Shown: positions 63,937-64,000 of the stretch, piece after piece
Layout of the letters: each line of letters begins with the position of its first letter
Position numbering within the stretch: position 1 is the first letter of the stretch
Origin: an uncultured beta proteobacterium
GTDB taxonomy: Bacteria; Pseudomonadota; Gammaproteobacteria; Burkholderiales; Burkholderiaceae_C
Assembly (NCBI GenBank): GCA_903876715.1
Contig: CAIRBF010000217.1
Coordinates: forward strand, 2,931-66,930
Direction: 5' to 3'
Length of the DNA: 64,000 nt
Notes under the pieces: model-generated
What the model saw: only the letters and a program-made list of their open reading frames with translations
Told to the model about the DNA's origin: nothing
Databases searched by the model: none
Made by a program: the position numbers and the translations under genes

Positions 63937-64000
63937 ATGTCGATTCCTTCACACGTGCCGGCTGATCGCGTCGTCGACTTCGATCGTTTCGGTGGCAAGG
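63937..64000 (+). CDS. Probable cytochrome P450 (copy 3), first 21 codons only; continues beyond window
   Basis: MSIPSHVPADRVVDFDRFGGK resembles the N-terminal (H)VPxxxVxDFD motif common in class I bacterial P450s. Too short to be certain. Confidence 0.45.
   Translation, partial: MSIPSHVPADRVVDFDRFGGK

Noticed and set aside
1-64000. Search for CRISPR arrays, tRNA/rRNA/tmRNA genes, IS elements, integrases, phage genes, toxin-antitoxin pairs, restriction-modification or other defence modules.
   Set aside because: No direct-repeat/spacer periodicity was seen, and no intergenic gap is long enough or structured enough for an RNA gene. No ORF has transposase, integrase, recombinase, nuclease/helicase-defence or small paired-toxin characteristics. 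Every gap larger than 100 nt is accounted for by promoters or gene remnants.

Overview
Very GC-rich, densely packed window that reads as a chromosomal catabolic supercluster from a Gram-negative, proteobacterium-like organism. That attribution rests on TRAP and Liv-type periplasmic uptake systems, AXA-type and Tat-type signal peptides, and frequent ATGA stop/start coupling. I call about 63 CDS and 3 pseudogene fragments. I found no rRNA, tRNA, CRISPR array, transposase, integrase, phage gene or recognisable defence or toxin-antitoxin module. Many long ORFs in the six-frame track are antisense or N-terminally over-extended artefacts of the high GC content. Modules from left to right: (i) two paralogous cytochrome P450s in inverted orientation, bracketing SDR / ThuA-like / SDR and a TRAP transporter. 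(ii) A minus-strand block of VOC, Old-Yellow-Enzyme, VOC, isocitrate-lyase/PEP-mutase-family and MmgE/PrpD genes. (iii) TauD-type dioxygenase, NTF2-like protein, SDR, isochorismatase-family protein. (iv) A minus-strand operon of NTF2-like, Rieske oxygenase alpha, FMN-dependent 2-hydroxyacid dehydrogenase, two amidohydrolases and hydantoinase B/A. (v) Two complete Liv-type ABC importers back to back, the first followed by crotonase, SDR and amidohydrolase_2. (vi) A minus-strand operon of class II aldolase, two tandem TauD dioxygenases, a fluoroacetate-dehalogenase-like hydrolase, SDR and an unknown protein, under a GntR/FCD regulator. (vii) A CoA-dependent beta-oxidation-like block: ligase, hydratase, 3-hydroxyacyl-CoA dehydrogenase, thiolase, aldo-keto reductase, three acyl-CoA dehydrogenases, SCPx-type thiolase and a DUF35 OB-fold protein. 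(viii) A family-1 SBP ABC importer. (ix) SDR, a ThDP enzyme, an NTF2-like protein and the start of a third P450. The most interesting observations are: (a) an uncharacterised protein of about 270 aa made of two internally duplicated halves of about 100 aa, present as two paralogs. (b) Three gene remnants (class II aldolase, livF 3-prime end, GntR 3-prime end) whose positions fit an old segmental duplication followed by complementary decay. (c) P450s that lack the I-helix acidic residue, with no redox partner in 64 kb. (d) A hydrolase carrying the fluoroacetate-dehalogenase active-site set except for one halide-pocket His replaced by Gln. (e) Recurrent AT-rich operator-like motifs in the few AT-rich promoter islands. 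I see nothing I can defend as a defence or mobile system. The novelty here is enzymatic and regulatory.
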